Source of the DNA: Gemmatimonadota bacterium
GTDB taxonomy: Bacteria > Gemmatimonadota > Gemmatimonadetes > Gemmatimonadales > GWC2-71-9
NCBI GenBank assembly: GCA_025358055.1
Contig: JANYKV010000007.1
Coordinates: 459 to 64,458 of the forward strand
Direction of reading: 5' to 3'
Length of the DNA stretch: 64,000 nt
Shown here: one piece after another, positions 19,494-28,796 of the stretch
Layout of the letters: the number at the start of each line of letters is the position of its first letter
How positions within the stretch are numbered: position 1 is the first letter of the stretch
Position numbers and translations under genes: made by a program
Notes under the pieces: model-generated
What the model was told of the DNA's origin: nothing
Seen by the model: only the letters and a program-made list of their open reading frames with translations
The model's database searches: none

Positions 19494-20630
19494 TCATTGC
19501 CGCGCGGGCATCATGGGTGCGTCGATCATCCCCTTTGCGGTGTACTCGAAAGGCACCACTCGATATCGATACACCATGCCGGATCTCCCCACCACGTAGG
19601 CCCGTTGCCGACTTGGGAAACTCAACGATACGACATCAGCGGGGAACCTGAAGGTGCGGGAGGACCAAGCTTTGCCTCCATTGGTGGTATAAGTCAGCTT
19701 TGATCCCTCAAAGGACCAACCGACCTCGGGGTCCGGGAACTTGATTCTCCCTCCCGCTGTTCCGACCACCCCATGCCAAGCCTGCCCGCCGTCGGTCGTC
19801 GTCAGGATTTTTCGGTCATTCATGATCACAAACCCGACATTGTCACTGGTGAAAAACACCTCTTGCCTGAAGTAGGTGGATTGATCCGGAGCTAGGTCTC
19901 GGGTCACCGCGACCCGCCAGCTCTCACCGCCGTCCTCGGTCCTCAACGCAAATAAGGCCAGGGCTGCCGTGCCGATGGCGTAGCCCACTTTCGGCGAAGG
20001 GAAGTGTAAGCTCTTTAGGCTACATTCCACCGTTCGGGTCAATCCCTCGACCTCCATCTTTGTGGTGCACGAGGGCAAAACGCTCTTCCATGTCTTACCG
20101 GCATCTTTGGTTTGAGCGATGTCATTTGGTTCCTGACGAATCTGAACTCCCGCATTCTCGGATGCGAAGAAATAATCAGACCAGTACCCGTAGTTTCCTC
20201 CGAGCTTACCGACCTGTTCCCAGTTTTCTCCATCGATCGTACGAAGCAGCTTATTGCTCGACCCGGAGCCCTGATTTGCCCAGCCGTGAGTTTGGTTCAC
20301 GAATCGAAGGTCACCGATCTTCGCTTCGGCGGATTGGGGGTCGCCACCGAGTTGTGGCGTCCAGGTATTGCCGCCGTCCTTCGTGTGAAGAATGGTCCCG
20401 TGCTCCCCGGTTACCCAACCCTCTTCGTCGGTCGCGAAGTGGACGTCGGTCAGGTTCAGGTCTTCCTTGTAGTTCACCGGCTCCCAAATGGCTTTGAACT
20501 TTGGTTCTGCCGCAGTTGGCTTCGCGGTAACACCAGGACTCTGCGCCGGCTTTCTCGGCTGCGGCTTTTGTCCCAGCGCAAGACCGCTACTCGAGATCAG
20601 TAGCACGACCATCGCGACGAACCGTTGCAT
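19494..20630 (-). CDS. Secreted BNR/Asp-box repeat beta-propeller protein (Ycf48/Hcf136-like)
   Basis: Start at M26 of the track ORF (MQRFVAMVVLLISSSGLALG signal peptide, with a GAGGAGG RBS upstream). Repeated Asp-boxes: HTKDGGNTW, QTKDAGKTW, RTEDGGESW, TTTDGGQAW, TTNGGKAW. Confidence 0.85.
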   Translation of the reverse strand: MQRFVAMVVLLISSSGLALGQKPQPRKPAQSPGVTAKPTAAEPKFKAIWEPVNYKEDLNLTDVHFATDEEGWVTGEHGTILHTKDGGNTWTPQLGGDPQSAEAKIGDLRFVNQTHGWANQGSGSSNKLLRTIDGENWEQVGKLGGNYGYWSDYFFASENAGVQIRQEPNDIAQTKDAGKTWKSVLPSCTTKMEVEGLTRTVECSLKSLHFPSPKVGYAIGTAALALFALRTEDGGESWRVAVTRDLAPDQSTYFRQEVFFTSDNVGFVIMNDRKILTTTDGGQAWHGVVGTAGGRIKFPDPEVGWSFEGSKLTYTTNGGKAWSSRTFRFPADVVSLSFPSRQRAYVVGRSGMVYRYRVVPFEYTAKGMIDAPMMPARQ

Positions 20631-20643
20631 AAGCCCTCCTCGA
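20469..20643 (-). repeat. Copy B of the duplicated 5' module (the functional 5' end of the BNR/Ycf48-like gene)
   Basis: See copy A. The shared RBS context is TCGAGGAGGG-N3-ATG. Confidence 0.8.
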
Positions 20644-20839
20644 AACGTGAATTCAGTTGCCCTTCGCTGCGTGACGCCCCATCCCCCTAGCCGCCTAAAA
20701 ACCATCCCGCCAGGTCTGCCATGCGGGCGAAGAAACCAGATGTTTCGCTCGGGATTTCCATTTAGGGGGGAACCAGGTAGCGGAGAGTATACGGCAAACC
20801 ATCAGGCAGAGCCAGCGAGGGGTGCGCGACGATGTACCC

Positions 20840-21187
20840 TTACCCCGGCAACTGAAAGATCCGCTCCATAAGCACCCATTTCTCCCCCGGCCCCGCCTCC
20901 GGTAGCCGCTTCTGGTACTTCCCCATCAGCGCCTCCCACTCCTGCACCTTCGGATTCTCCCGATTGGCTTCACGGAATGCCTCAAACGAGAACCGCGGGC
21001 TGACCTCCATCACCATGAAGAGTCGGGCGCCAAGCCGATAGATCTCCATCCGTTCAACGCCGGCCACTCGGATACTCGCCTCGATCTCGGGCCAAATGGA
21101 CTCGTGGTAGCGACTGTACTCTGCGATGAGGGTCGGATCATCGCGAAGATCGAGGGCGAAGCAATAGCGGCGGAGGTCGGTCATCAC
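20840..21187 (-). CDS. L-rhamnose mutarotase family (DUF718/RhaM-like) sugar mutarotase
   Basis: 115 aa. YCFALDLRDDPTLIAEYSRYHESIWPEI...MEIYRLGARLFMVMEV is the typical RhaM pattern. Confidence 0.85.
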   Translation of the reverse strand: MMTDLRRYCFALDLRDDPTLIAEYSRYHESIWPEIEASIRVAGVERMEIYRLGARLFMVMEVSPRFSFEAFREANRENPKVQEWEALMGKYQKRLPEAGPGEKWVLMERIFQLPG

Positions 21188-21966
21188 GTCACCGCGCGGT
21201 CGAGATGCACGTACCCTCCATCGACAAAGATATGTTGTCCCGTCATGTGGCCGGCCCGCGGGCTCAAGAGGAACGCGACCATGGCCGCGATTTCTTCGGG
21301 CTCGGTGAATCGGTTGCCGAGCGGGACATTGGCACGGAGGCGGTCACGCATCGCCGCCGGTTCAGCAAACGTTGAAAGCCATCGCTCATACTGTGGAGTC
21401 CGGACCTCCGCCGGAATCACCGCATTGACCCGAATGCTCCACGGGAGGAGTTCTGTGGCCCACTCCCTGGTAAGGGCGAGTACTCCTCCTTTGGCGGAGG
21501 CGTACCCGGACGTGCCACCTTGGCCCGTCACGGCGGTCTTGGAGGCGACGTTGACAACGCTCCCCACCGTCTGCTTGAGCGCGGGAAGCGCGAAATGGGT
21601 GACGTCGTAAAAGTGGGTGAGATTCCTCGTAAGCGAGAGGAGATACGCTTCAGGAGTGCCCAGTTCGAGCCCCACTCGGTCGTTGACCCCAGCATTGTTC
21701 ACGATCCCGTCCAGGCGCCCGGCAATCACCATGGCTTCTTCAACCGCGTGACGACACTCTTCGGCCACGCAGAGGTCTCGCACGATAGCGTGGCACGGGA
21801 GGCCCTGCCCCTGAATGGCAGCAACTGCTTCGCGAGTGCCGGCGGCATCCCGGTCGACAATGACCGGAACGGCGCCCTCCTCAGCGAGCATCTGAACGAT
21901 GGCTCGACCGATGCCATTGGCCCCGCCGGTTACGATGAATACCTTGGCGCGCAAGCCTAGATCCAT
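21184..21966 (-). CDS. Short-chain dehydrogenase/reductase (candidate sugar 1-dehydrogenase or keto-deoxy-acid dehydrogenase)
   Basis: 260 aa. TGGANGIG Rossmann motif, NNAG, and YxxxK (YASAKGG). Confidence 0.9.
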   Translation of the reverse strand: MDLGLRAKVFIVTGGANGIGRAIVQMLAEEGAVPVIVDRDAAGTREAVAAIQGQGLPCHAIVRDLCVAEECRHAVEEAMVIAGRLDGIVNNAGVNDRVGLELGTPEAYLLSLTRNLTHFYDVTHFALPALKQTVGSVVNVASKTAVTGQGGTSGYASAKGGVLALTREWATELLPWSIRVNAVIPAEVRTPQYERWLSTFAEPAAMRDRLRANVPLGNRFTEPEEIAAMVAFLLSPRAGHMTGQHIFVDGGYVHLDRAVT

Positions 21967-21967
21967 C

Positions 21968-22798
21968 TCAGACGCTCACTTGGTAAACGTGGAGGGCGTT
22001 CGCGCCGAACACCTTGCTGCGATCCAGCGGTGCGGCAGAGGCGAGGTAGTCAGAGAGGATCCCTACGACCTGGCCGTAGCTCGCCGCGACAAGGCAGACC
22101 GGCCAGTCCGAGCCAAATAGCAGACGATCTACGCCGAAGGCCTCGAACGCAACATCGAGATACGGCTTGAAGTCCACTGGCGCCCAGTGGCGCCAATCCG
22201 CTTCGGTCACCAGGCCGGAGATTTTGCAGTGGACATTGCCAGCTTTGGCCAGCTCACGGAGGTCCGCTTCCCACGGCTCCAGCCTTTGCGCTCGAATGAG
22301 GGGTTTGGCGAGGTGGTCCACCACGAACTGCTGATCCGGATGCCTTCTCACGAGGCGGATAACGGCCGGCAACTGACGCGGATACACCAGGATGTCGTAG
22401 GCGAGGCCAATCTCTTGCAGACACGCGAGGCCGCGATTGAAATGGTCGTCATCGAGAAAATCGTCTCGTTCGGCCTGGGCGATGTGGCGGACGCCCCGGA
22501 ACTCCCGCGCGCCACAATAGTGGTGCAGCCGCTGCGCGACATTTGGCGACCGCATATCGACCCAGCCAATCACACCCCGGATGAATGGGTTGGCTCGCGC
22601 GAGTTTCAGCAGATACTCCGTCTCCGCCTCGGACTGGTCCGCCTGAACCGCGATGCATCCAGCGACTTTGTTGGGCTCAAGCTCCCTCACGATGTCGGCC
22701 GGCCCAAAGTCCCGTCGGATCACGGCCATGTCCGGAGTGATCCAGGCATGTCGAACCGGATGGTAACGCCAAAAATGCTGATGGGCATCGATGATCAT
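21968..22798 (-). CDS. Amidohydrolase-2 family lactonase (L-fucono/rhamnono-lactonase-like)
   Basis: The start MIIDAHQHFW (M31 of the track ORF) forms an ATGA overlap with the permease stop. The Amidohydro_2 HxH motif is at the N-terminus and FGSDWPV is near the C-terminus. Confidence 0.85.
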   Translation of the reverse strand: MIIDAHQHFWRYHPVRHAWITPDMAVIRRDFGPADIVRELEPNKVAGCIAVQADQSEAETEYLLKLARANPFIRGVIGWVDMRSPNVAQRLHHYCGAREFRGVRHIAQAERDDFLDDDHFNRGLACLQEIGLAYDILVYPRQLPAVIRLVRRHPDQQFVVDHLAKPLIRAQRLEPWEADLRELAKAGNVHCKISGLVTEADWRHWAPVDFKPYLDVAFEAFGVDRLLFGSDWPVCLVAASYGQVVGILSDYLASAAPLDRSKVFGANALHVYQVSV

Positions 22799-23754
22799 AG
22801 GGCCGGCCGCGACGCACGCCACCGGTCGAGCGCCACCGCCGCAACGATGGTGATCCCGATAATGATTTCCTGGATGTAGTTGGGCCACCCCATCTGCTGG
22901 CAGCCGTTGCGCAAGAAGGCCATTATGAGCGCGCCGACCATCGAGCCCCCAATCCCACCCTCCCCGCCATTGAGGCTCGCGCCACCGATCACAACGGCCG
23001 CGATGACGTCCAGTTCCGTGCCTTGAGCCACGGTCGGGTCACCCTGACGCAGTCGCGACATCTGGAGAACGCCGGCGAGACCGAAACAGAATCCTCCAAC
23101 GGTATAGATCATCAGTTTCAGGCGCTCGACCGGAATGCCGCAGGCGCGGGCCGCCGCTTCATTCGACCCCAGGGTATACACTCTCCGGCCAAACACGCTG
23201 GAGCCGAGAATCAGGGCGAAGAGCAGTGCAAGCCCAACCGCGAGCCAGACCCCCGGGGCCACGAGCAACCAGGGTGGGTCCGGGACGCTCACGGCCAGCC
23301 GATTGAGCCAGGTGGCCGGCGGGTTCACGGTCTGCTCGCTGGCGATCCATTTCGCGGCACCTCGGGCCGCTCCCATCATGCCGAGGGTGGCGATGAACGG
23401 AACCACCTTGAGCCGAGTCACCACCATCCCATTGACGAGCCCAATAACCCCGCCGATCGCAATGCCCGCGAGCGCGGCGGTGAGGGGGGCCCACCCCTGC
23501 AGCAGGCTCACGGCGGTGACCACACTGGTGAGCGCAATCGAGGCGCCCACCGAGAGATCGATCCCGCCACTCACGATGATGAGCGTCATCCCGACCGCGC
23601 CCACGCTCACGATAACGGTTTGCGCCGCGACGATCCGGAGGTTGCGGGCCGCGACGAACCGCAGTGGGTCTCCCGAGAGGAACCCAAAGAGAAGGACGAC
23701 GAACGCAAGACCGAGGAGGGGCCCGAGCCAACGGAACCATCGGCTTCGAGTCAC
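22795..23754 (-). CDS. Sugar ABC transporter permease (RbsC/AraH-like)
   Basis: Multi-TM protein typical of the CUT2 family. The in-frame GTG at 23754 forms a GTGA overlap with the ATPase stop. Confidence 0.88.
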   Translation of the reverse strand: MTRSRWFRWLGPLLGLAFVVLLFGFLSGDPLRFVAARNLRIVAAQTVIVSVGAVGMTLIIVSGGIDLSVGASIALTSVVTAVSLLQGWAPLTAALAGIAIGGVIGLVNGMVVTRLKVVPFIATLGMMGAARGAAKWIASEQTVNPPATWLNRLAVSVPDPPWLLVAPGVWLAVGLALLFALILGSSVFGRRVYTLGSNEAAARACGIPVERLKLMIYTVGGFCFGLAGVLQMSRLRQGDPTVAQGTELDVIAAVVIGGASLNGGEGGIGGSMVGALIMAFLRNGCQQMGWPNYIQEIIIGITIVAAVALDRWRASRPAL

Positions 23755-25280
23755 TGAACCGCCTCCCCGAGCGGAGATCCGCTCGCCGCAACGCACTCCT
23801 CGAGGACCAACTCCGGCGTCCAGTCGCTGATCGGACGGGCGGCAGAGAGCCGGCCTCGATGCATCACCGCCAAGCGATCACAAAGAGTGAACAACTCCGG
23901 CAGGAAGGAACTCACCACCAGCACAGCCTTTCCCGTTCGTGCCGCTCGTCGGATCATGCCGTATACGGTCTCTTTGCTGCCAATGTCGATGCCTCGTGTG
24001 GGGTCATCCAGAAGGAAAATGTCGGCGTCTTGATGAAACAGCCGCGCGACGGCAACCTTCTGCTGATTGCCGCCCGACAGTGTCCCCACCCGTTGGGTCG
24101 CGCTCGACGCTCGGACGCCGCAATCGTTCATCCAGCGTCGGGCCGCGTCCAATTGACGCCGGCGGCTGATCCACCCGAGACGGGACGTCGCGGATAACCG
24201 CGTGAGCGTGATGTTGTCCGCCACCGAAAGCGGAAGCGCGAGCCCTTCCCCTTTCCGATCTTCGCTCACGAAACCGACTCCATCGTGGACCCGGGCCGCC
24301 GGGCTCCTCACGGAGGAGGGGACCCTGAGCCCGCGCAACCGCACCTCGCCAGAGCGTACGGGCGCTAACCCATACAAGGCACGGATCAATTCGGTTCGAC
24401 CTGCTCCCACTAATCCCGCGATGCCGAACACCTCGCCGGGACGCAACTCGAACGAGGCGTGACGAACTCCCGGAGCAACGAGGTCGTTCACCACCAGGAT
24501 CGGGTCACCTGAAACAGGGGGCGTTGTCTCCGAGGACGCCGGATCGAGCCTGCGGCCGACCATTTTGCCGATCAGGATGTCGTTGCCGACGGAGGCCAAT
24601 TCCCCCTCGCCCACGACGGCCCCATCGCGAAGCACCGTGAAACGATCGCACACTTCGCGGACCTCCTCGAGCATGTGGCTGATATACACCACACTCAGGC
24701 CGTCGGCTCGCAGGCGCCGCACGACGGCGAAGAGGCGCTCAACATCTCGGCGCTCCAAGCTGCTCGTGGGCTCATCCATGAGGAGGATCCGGGCTCGCGC
24801 GGCGATGGCCCGGCAGATCTCCACGATTTGGCGGGCGGCGATCGGGAGATCGCTGACGCGCTGATCGGGAAGCAGCCCAGCTCTCGGGAAATTGGCGAGG
24901 ACCACCATGGCGACTCGCGTCACCTCTCGTTGGTCGATCCAACCGCGCCGCGCCGGCTCACGTCCCATGACAATATTTTCCGCGACCGTCAGGTGCGGGC
25001 AAAGAGAGAGTTCCTGGTGGATGAATGCGATCCCGGCGTTCCGAGCGTCGAGCGGGTTATTCGGAGAGTAAATCATCCCATCGAGGCTCATTCGCCCCGA
25101 ATCGGAGCTGGTTACCCCGCCGATGATGTTGAGGAGCGTGCTCTTCCCGGCTCCGTTCTCACCAATGAGCGCGTGAATCGACCCGGGGCGTAGCTCGAGC
25201 GACACGCGGGTAAGCGCTTCTGTGGCGCCGTACCGTTTAGATATACCGTGGAGGCCGAGACGAGGAGGGGAGGGCGCCAT
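23751..25280 (-). CDS. Sugar ABC transporter ATP-binding protein (tandem ATPase domains, RbsA-like)
   Basis: 509 aa. Walker A GENGAGKST, LSGGNQQKV signature and a duplicated NBD. Confidence 0.93.
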   Translation of the reverse strand: MAPSPPRLGLHGISKRYGATEALTRVSLELRPGSIHALIGENGAGKSTLLNIIGGVTSSDSGRMSLDGMIYSPNNPLDARNAGIAFIHQELSLCPHLTVAENIVMGREPARRGWIDQREVTRVAMVVLANFPRAGLLPDQRVSDLPIAARQIVEICRAIAARARILLMDEPTSSLERRDVERLFAVVRRLRADGLSVVYISHMLEEVREVCDRFTVLRDGAVVGEGELASVGNDILIGKMVGRRLDPASSETTPPVSGDPILVVNDLVAPGVRHASFELRPGEVFGIAGLVGAGRTELIRALYGLAPVRSGEVRLRGLRVPSSVRSPAARVHDGVGFVSEDRKGEGLALPLSVADNITLTRLSATSRLGWISRRRQLDAARRWMNDCGVRASSATQRVGTLSGGNQQKVAVARLFHQDADIFLLDDPTRGIDIGSKETVYGMIRRAARTGKAVLVVSSFLPELFTLCDRLAVMHRGRLSAARPISDWTPELVLEECVAASGSPLGEAVQ

Positions 25281-26335
25281 TACCGGCCAGCGTTGAGCAC
25301 CGAGTCTACGGGTGGATGGAGGATAGCCTGCATGTTCGGCTGGGCCATGTTCTCGAGGGTGACCAAAACCACACCGGTATCGACTCTCCGTTCCACCGGT
25401 TCGCCGCGCAGGTGGGCCACCATCGTTTTCACGCCAAGGTAGCCGATCCGGAATGGGTTCTGGACGACGATCCCCTGCAGTTGCCCGACCCGAATGGCCT
25501 CGAGAAAGCCTGTGGTGACATCGAAACCCACTAACAAGATTTTGCCGGCTCGCCCAGCATCCTGCAGCGCCAGGAGCATACCCTCCGTCGAGGTCTCATT
25601 GGGCGTGAATACGCCGTTCAGCTGATCCCCAAACCGGTTCAAGAGGTTCTCGGCTGCTCGCTTAGCCGTTTCGCGCGTCGGCCCCGCGTACTGGTCGGAG
25701 GAGATAAGCTCAATACCGGAGTACGACTCTTTGAGCTTCTTGGTAAACCCCTCCTCGCGAGCTCGAGTGGACGCCGAGCCCTCTTGATACCGAAGTAGAA
25801 GCACCTTGCCCTTGCCGCCCAGGAGAGAACCGAGCCGTTCCGCGGCGAGCTCGCCGCCCTTGCCATTGTCGGTGGCGACGAAACTCACTGTGCTGTCGGA
25901 GGCCAGGTCGGAGTCGATGATTACTGTCGGCACGCCGGCACGCTTGGCTTCCTCCACCGGCCGGACCAACGCTCGGTCATCGAGCGGCGCCAAGACCAGC
26001 CCATTGATTCCTTGGCTGGCAAAATTCTCGACTACCTGAATTTGTTGCTCCCGGTCGTCCTCCCGAAGCGGACCCTTCCAAGTGACAGTGACCACGGTGC
26101 CGCTCGCGGTCAACTCCCGGGCGGCCTGAACTGCGCCGGCATGCACGGCCTTCCAGAACTCGTGGGTCGTCCCCTTTGGAATCACGGCGATCGAGTACCC
26201 CTTGGGGGCGGAACCCTTCCCGCAGCCGACCGAGCCAACGGCCATCGCGCAGATCCAGGTCAATGCCAACATCCGCATTCGGTAAAATCCCTTCGCTAGG
26301 CTGAACGCTCGTGATTCTTTCGAGGTACAACTCAT
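25280..26335 (-). CDS. Periplasmic sugar-binding protein (CUT2 / Peripla_BP family lipoprotein)
   Basis: 351 aa. Signal and lipobox AVGSVGCGKG, and a type I periplasmic binding fold pattern. The start at 26335 gives an ATGA overlap with the upstream SDR. An alternative ATG lies at 26278. Confidence 0.88.
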   Translation of the reverse strand: MSCTSKESRAFSLAKGFYRMRMLALTWICAMAVGSVGCGKGSAPKGYSIAVIPKGTTHEFWKAVHAGAVQAARELTASGTVVTVTWKGPLREDDREQQIQVVENFASQGINGLVLAPLDDRALVRPVEEAKRAGVPTVIIDSDLASDSTVSFVATDNGKGGELAAERLGSLLGGKGKVLLLRYQEGSASTRAREEGFTKKLKESYSGIELISSDQYAGPTRETAKRAAENLLNRFGDQLNGVFTPNETSTEGMLLALQDAGRAGKILLVGFDVTTGFLEAIRVGQLQGIVVQNPFRIGYLGVKTMVAHLRGEPVERRVDTGVVLVTLENMAQPNMQAILHPPVDSVLNAGR

Positions 26336-27150
26336 CCGTGGAGCCGGAGGAACCCACCGTCGATCGGATAGTCCGATCCGGTAATGAACCGGGCAGCGTC
26401 GGAGCAGAGAAAGAGGGCGAGCATGGCAATCTCACCCGGCTCACCCATTCGCCCAATCGGCTGCGTCTTCGCCAGGCGGTCCATCATCTCGACCTCCCGC
26501 CCCGGAAAGTGCATAGTCAAGTACCCATCCACGAATGGGGTGTGCACCCGGGCTGGGGAAACGCAATTGCAGCGGATGTTGTGCTGGATGTAGTCGCGCG
26601 CCACCGAAAATGTCAGCGACCGAACCGCGCCCTTGGTGATGGAGTAGGCGAATCGATCCGCCAGCCCGGTTTCCGCGGCCACCGAGGCCAGATTGAGGAT
26701 GACGCCGCCGCCCTGGCTCTTCAGGTAGGGTACGCAGGCTGTGAGGCAATGGTAGACGCCCTTCACATTGATTGCGAACAGCCGATCCAGGTCGGACTCA
26801 GAAGTATTCTCGAGGTTCCCGATATGGGCCACACCGGCGTTGTTCACCAGAATGTGCACGGGGTCGCGTGCGAGAATCGCTCCTAGCACCCGAGTGACCT
26901 CCGAGCCGACGGACACATCGCAACAATGTGCCTCTGCGGCCCCACCATGGCCCCGAATGTCCTCCGCAACCGACTGGCTCCGGGGGCCATCCATGTCAAT
27001 GATTCGTACCATAGCCCCACTCGAGGCGAATGTCCGCGCAATGGCCTCACCGATACCGCTGGCGCCTCCGGTTACCAAGGCCGTCTTGCCGTCCAGGCGA
27101 TACGGGTCGCGCCCCGGCGGGGCGGTCACAGGGAAACCCCTCGTTTCCAC
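26332..27150 (-). CDS. Short-chain dehydrogenase/reductase
   Basis: KTALVTGGASGIGEAIA, NNAG and YSITKGA. An alternative GTG start at 27129 gives a GTGA overlap with the dehydratase stop. Confidence 0.88.
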   Translation of the reverse strand: METRGFPVTAPPGRDPYRLDGKTALVTGGASGIGEAIARTFASSGAMVRIIDMDGPRSQSVAEDIRGHGGAAEAHCCDVSVGSEVTRVLGAILARDPVHILVNNAGVAHIGNLENTSESDLDRLFAINVKGVYHCLTACVPYLKSQGGGVILNLASVAAETGLADRFAYSITKGAVRSLTFSVARDYIQHNIRCNCVSPARVHTPFVDGYLTMHFPGREVEMMDRLAKTQPIGRMGEPGEIAMLALFLCSDAARFITGSDYPIDGGFLRLHG

Positions 27151-28775
27151 GGAATGAAGTCGTCCTGCTCCAGGAGTTGCGCTTTCGGCCGGAGTTCGCC
27201 GCTAGCCACCCGGATTACGCACTCCAGCAACTCGGCGGCGGACTCCGGAATGGTTTGCTCGCCGGCGACGATTCTCCCACAGTCGAAATCGATGATGTCC
27301 GGCATGCGACGGGCGAGTTCCGTGTTGGTCGCAATCTTCACGACCGGTGCGATCGGGTTTCCGGTCGGCGTACCCAATCCGGTGGTGAACAACACGACGG
27401 TCGCTCCCGCCCCGACTTGGCCGGTAACCGCTTCAACGTCATTCCCAGGCGTGCAGAGGAGATTGAGTCCGGCGGCGGTCACCGGCTCCGGATAGTCCAA
27501 GACTCCTGTGATCGGAGAGGTCCCGCCTTTTCGTGCAGCCCCAGCCGATTTCATCGCGTCGGTCAGCAACCCATCGCGAATATTGCCGGGGGACGGGTTC
27601 ATGCCGAATCCGGAGCCGACTGCGAGCGCGCGATCCGCATAGGATTGCATCAAGCTGGCGAAGCGCTGGCCCAATTCGAGGGTGGCACAACGGTCGATCA
27701 GCTCCTGCTCCACGCCGCAGAGTTCAGGGAATTCCGAGAGGATCGTGCTTCCCCCCACACCCGCGATCCAATCGGCCAAATGCCCCAGCACGGGGTTGGC
27801 GGAGATTCCCGAAAAGCCATCGGACCCACCGCATTTGAGCCCGACCGTCAGCCGGGAAAGAGGAGCCGGGCACCGCACCGCGGCGTTGGCTTCAATCAGA
27901 GCGAGAAAAGTGCTTTTGATCGCATCGGACACCATGGCGAATTCGGACTGACTCTTCTGTTGCTCGAATACCAGGAGAGGCTTGTCCGTTGCCGCATGAC
28001 GCTTGGCCAGCTCACCTCGCAATAGGTCCACCTGAGCGTGTTGGCAACCCAGGCTCAGGACCGTCGCGCCGGCCACATTCGGGTGCCCGATATAACCAGC
28101 AAGCAAGCCGCAGAGATTCCGGGCGTCCTCACGAGTGCCGCCGCAGCCCCCCTCGTGGGTGAGAAACTTGATCCCGTCGATGTTGGGGAACACGCGGCGC
28201 GGAGCGAAGGTCGCGGCGCCGGCCTTCGGGGAGTAAGCCAAAATCTGGTCGGACAGCCCCGCCTGATAGAAATGCACCAGGTCTTCGACCTGCTCCTGAT
28301 ATGCGCTCGGCTTGGCCAAGCCCAGTCCGGAGGTAAAGGCCTGCTTCAGCGTATCGACATTTCGGTTTTCACAGAACACCAAGGGAACGACGAGCCAGTA
28401 ATTGGCCGTGCCGACGTGCCCGTTGGGCCGATGAAAACCCTGAAACGTCCTCGGCAACCAGCGTGAAACATCGGGAGGTTCCCAACGATATGAGGGAGCG
28501 CGAGCCGCAAAACCGCTAACCTGGTGCCGGACATTGTCGGTAGTCAGCCGCGCGCCTCTGGGAATAGTTTGCGTGGCCGAACCGACCGTCACCCCGTACA
28601 TGACAATGCGGCCACCGGGTTCGAGGGCCTCGATCGTAAACTTGTGTTTGCGCGGGACATCGGCGACGAGCCGATAGCGCTGGTCGTCGGCCAGGACCGT
28701 TTCCCCGGCCTTGAGGTCGGACAGGGCGACGAGCACGTTGTCTTGGGGATGAATCCGGATCGCCTGTCGACCCAT
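27126..28775 (-). CDS. UxaA/GarD-family sugar-acid dehydratase (altronate-dehydratase-like) with an N-terminal SAF domain
   Basis: 549 aa. N-terminal SAF domain (IRIHPQDNVLVALSDLKAGE), the THEGGCGG motif and LKCGGSDGFSG. A GGGAAGGGAG RBS lies upstream. Confidence 0.9.
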   Translation of the reverse strand: MGRQAIRIHPQDNVLVALSDLKAGETVLADDQRYRLVADVPRKHKFTIEALEPGGRIVMYGVTVGSATQTIPRGARLTTDNVRHQVSGFAARAPSYRWEPPDVSRWLPRTFQGFHRPNGHVGTANYWLVVPLVFCENRNVDTLKQAFTSGLGLAKPSAYQEQVEDLVHFYQAGLSDQILAYSPKAGAATFAPRRVFPNIDGIKFLTHEGGCGGTREDARNLCGLLAGYIGHPNVAGATVLSLGCQHAQVDLLRGELAKRHAATDKPLLVFEQQKSQSEFAMVSDAIKSTFLALIEANAAVRCPAPLSRLTVGLKCGGSDGFSGISANPVLGHLADWIAGVGGSTILSEFPELCGVEQELIDRCATLELGQRFASLMQSYADRALAVGSGFGMNPSPGNIRDGLLTDAMKSAGAARKGGTSPITGVLDYPEPVTAAGLNLLCTPGNDVEAVTGQVGAGATVVLFTTGLGTPTGNPIAPVVKIATNTELARRMPDIIDFDCGRIVAGEQTIPESAAELLECVIRVASGELRPKAQLLEQDDFIPWKRGVSL

Positions 28776-28796
28776 GGGACTCCCTTCCCTGCCCGC

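Noticed and set aside
20696-20727. A weak hairpin (CCCGC...GCGGG) followed by TGGTTTTTA on the minus strand, downstream of the mutarotase gene. It could be the terminator of the sugar operon.
   Set aside because: The stem is only 5 bp and the loop is 12 nt, too weak to call. It is mentioned only as the best candidate in that spacer.
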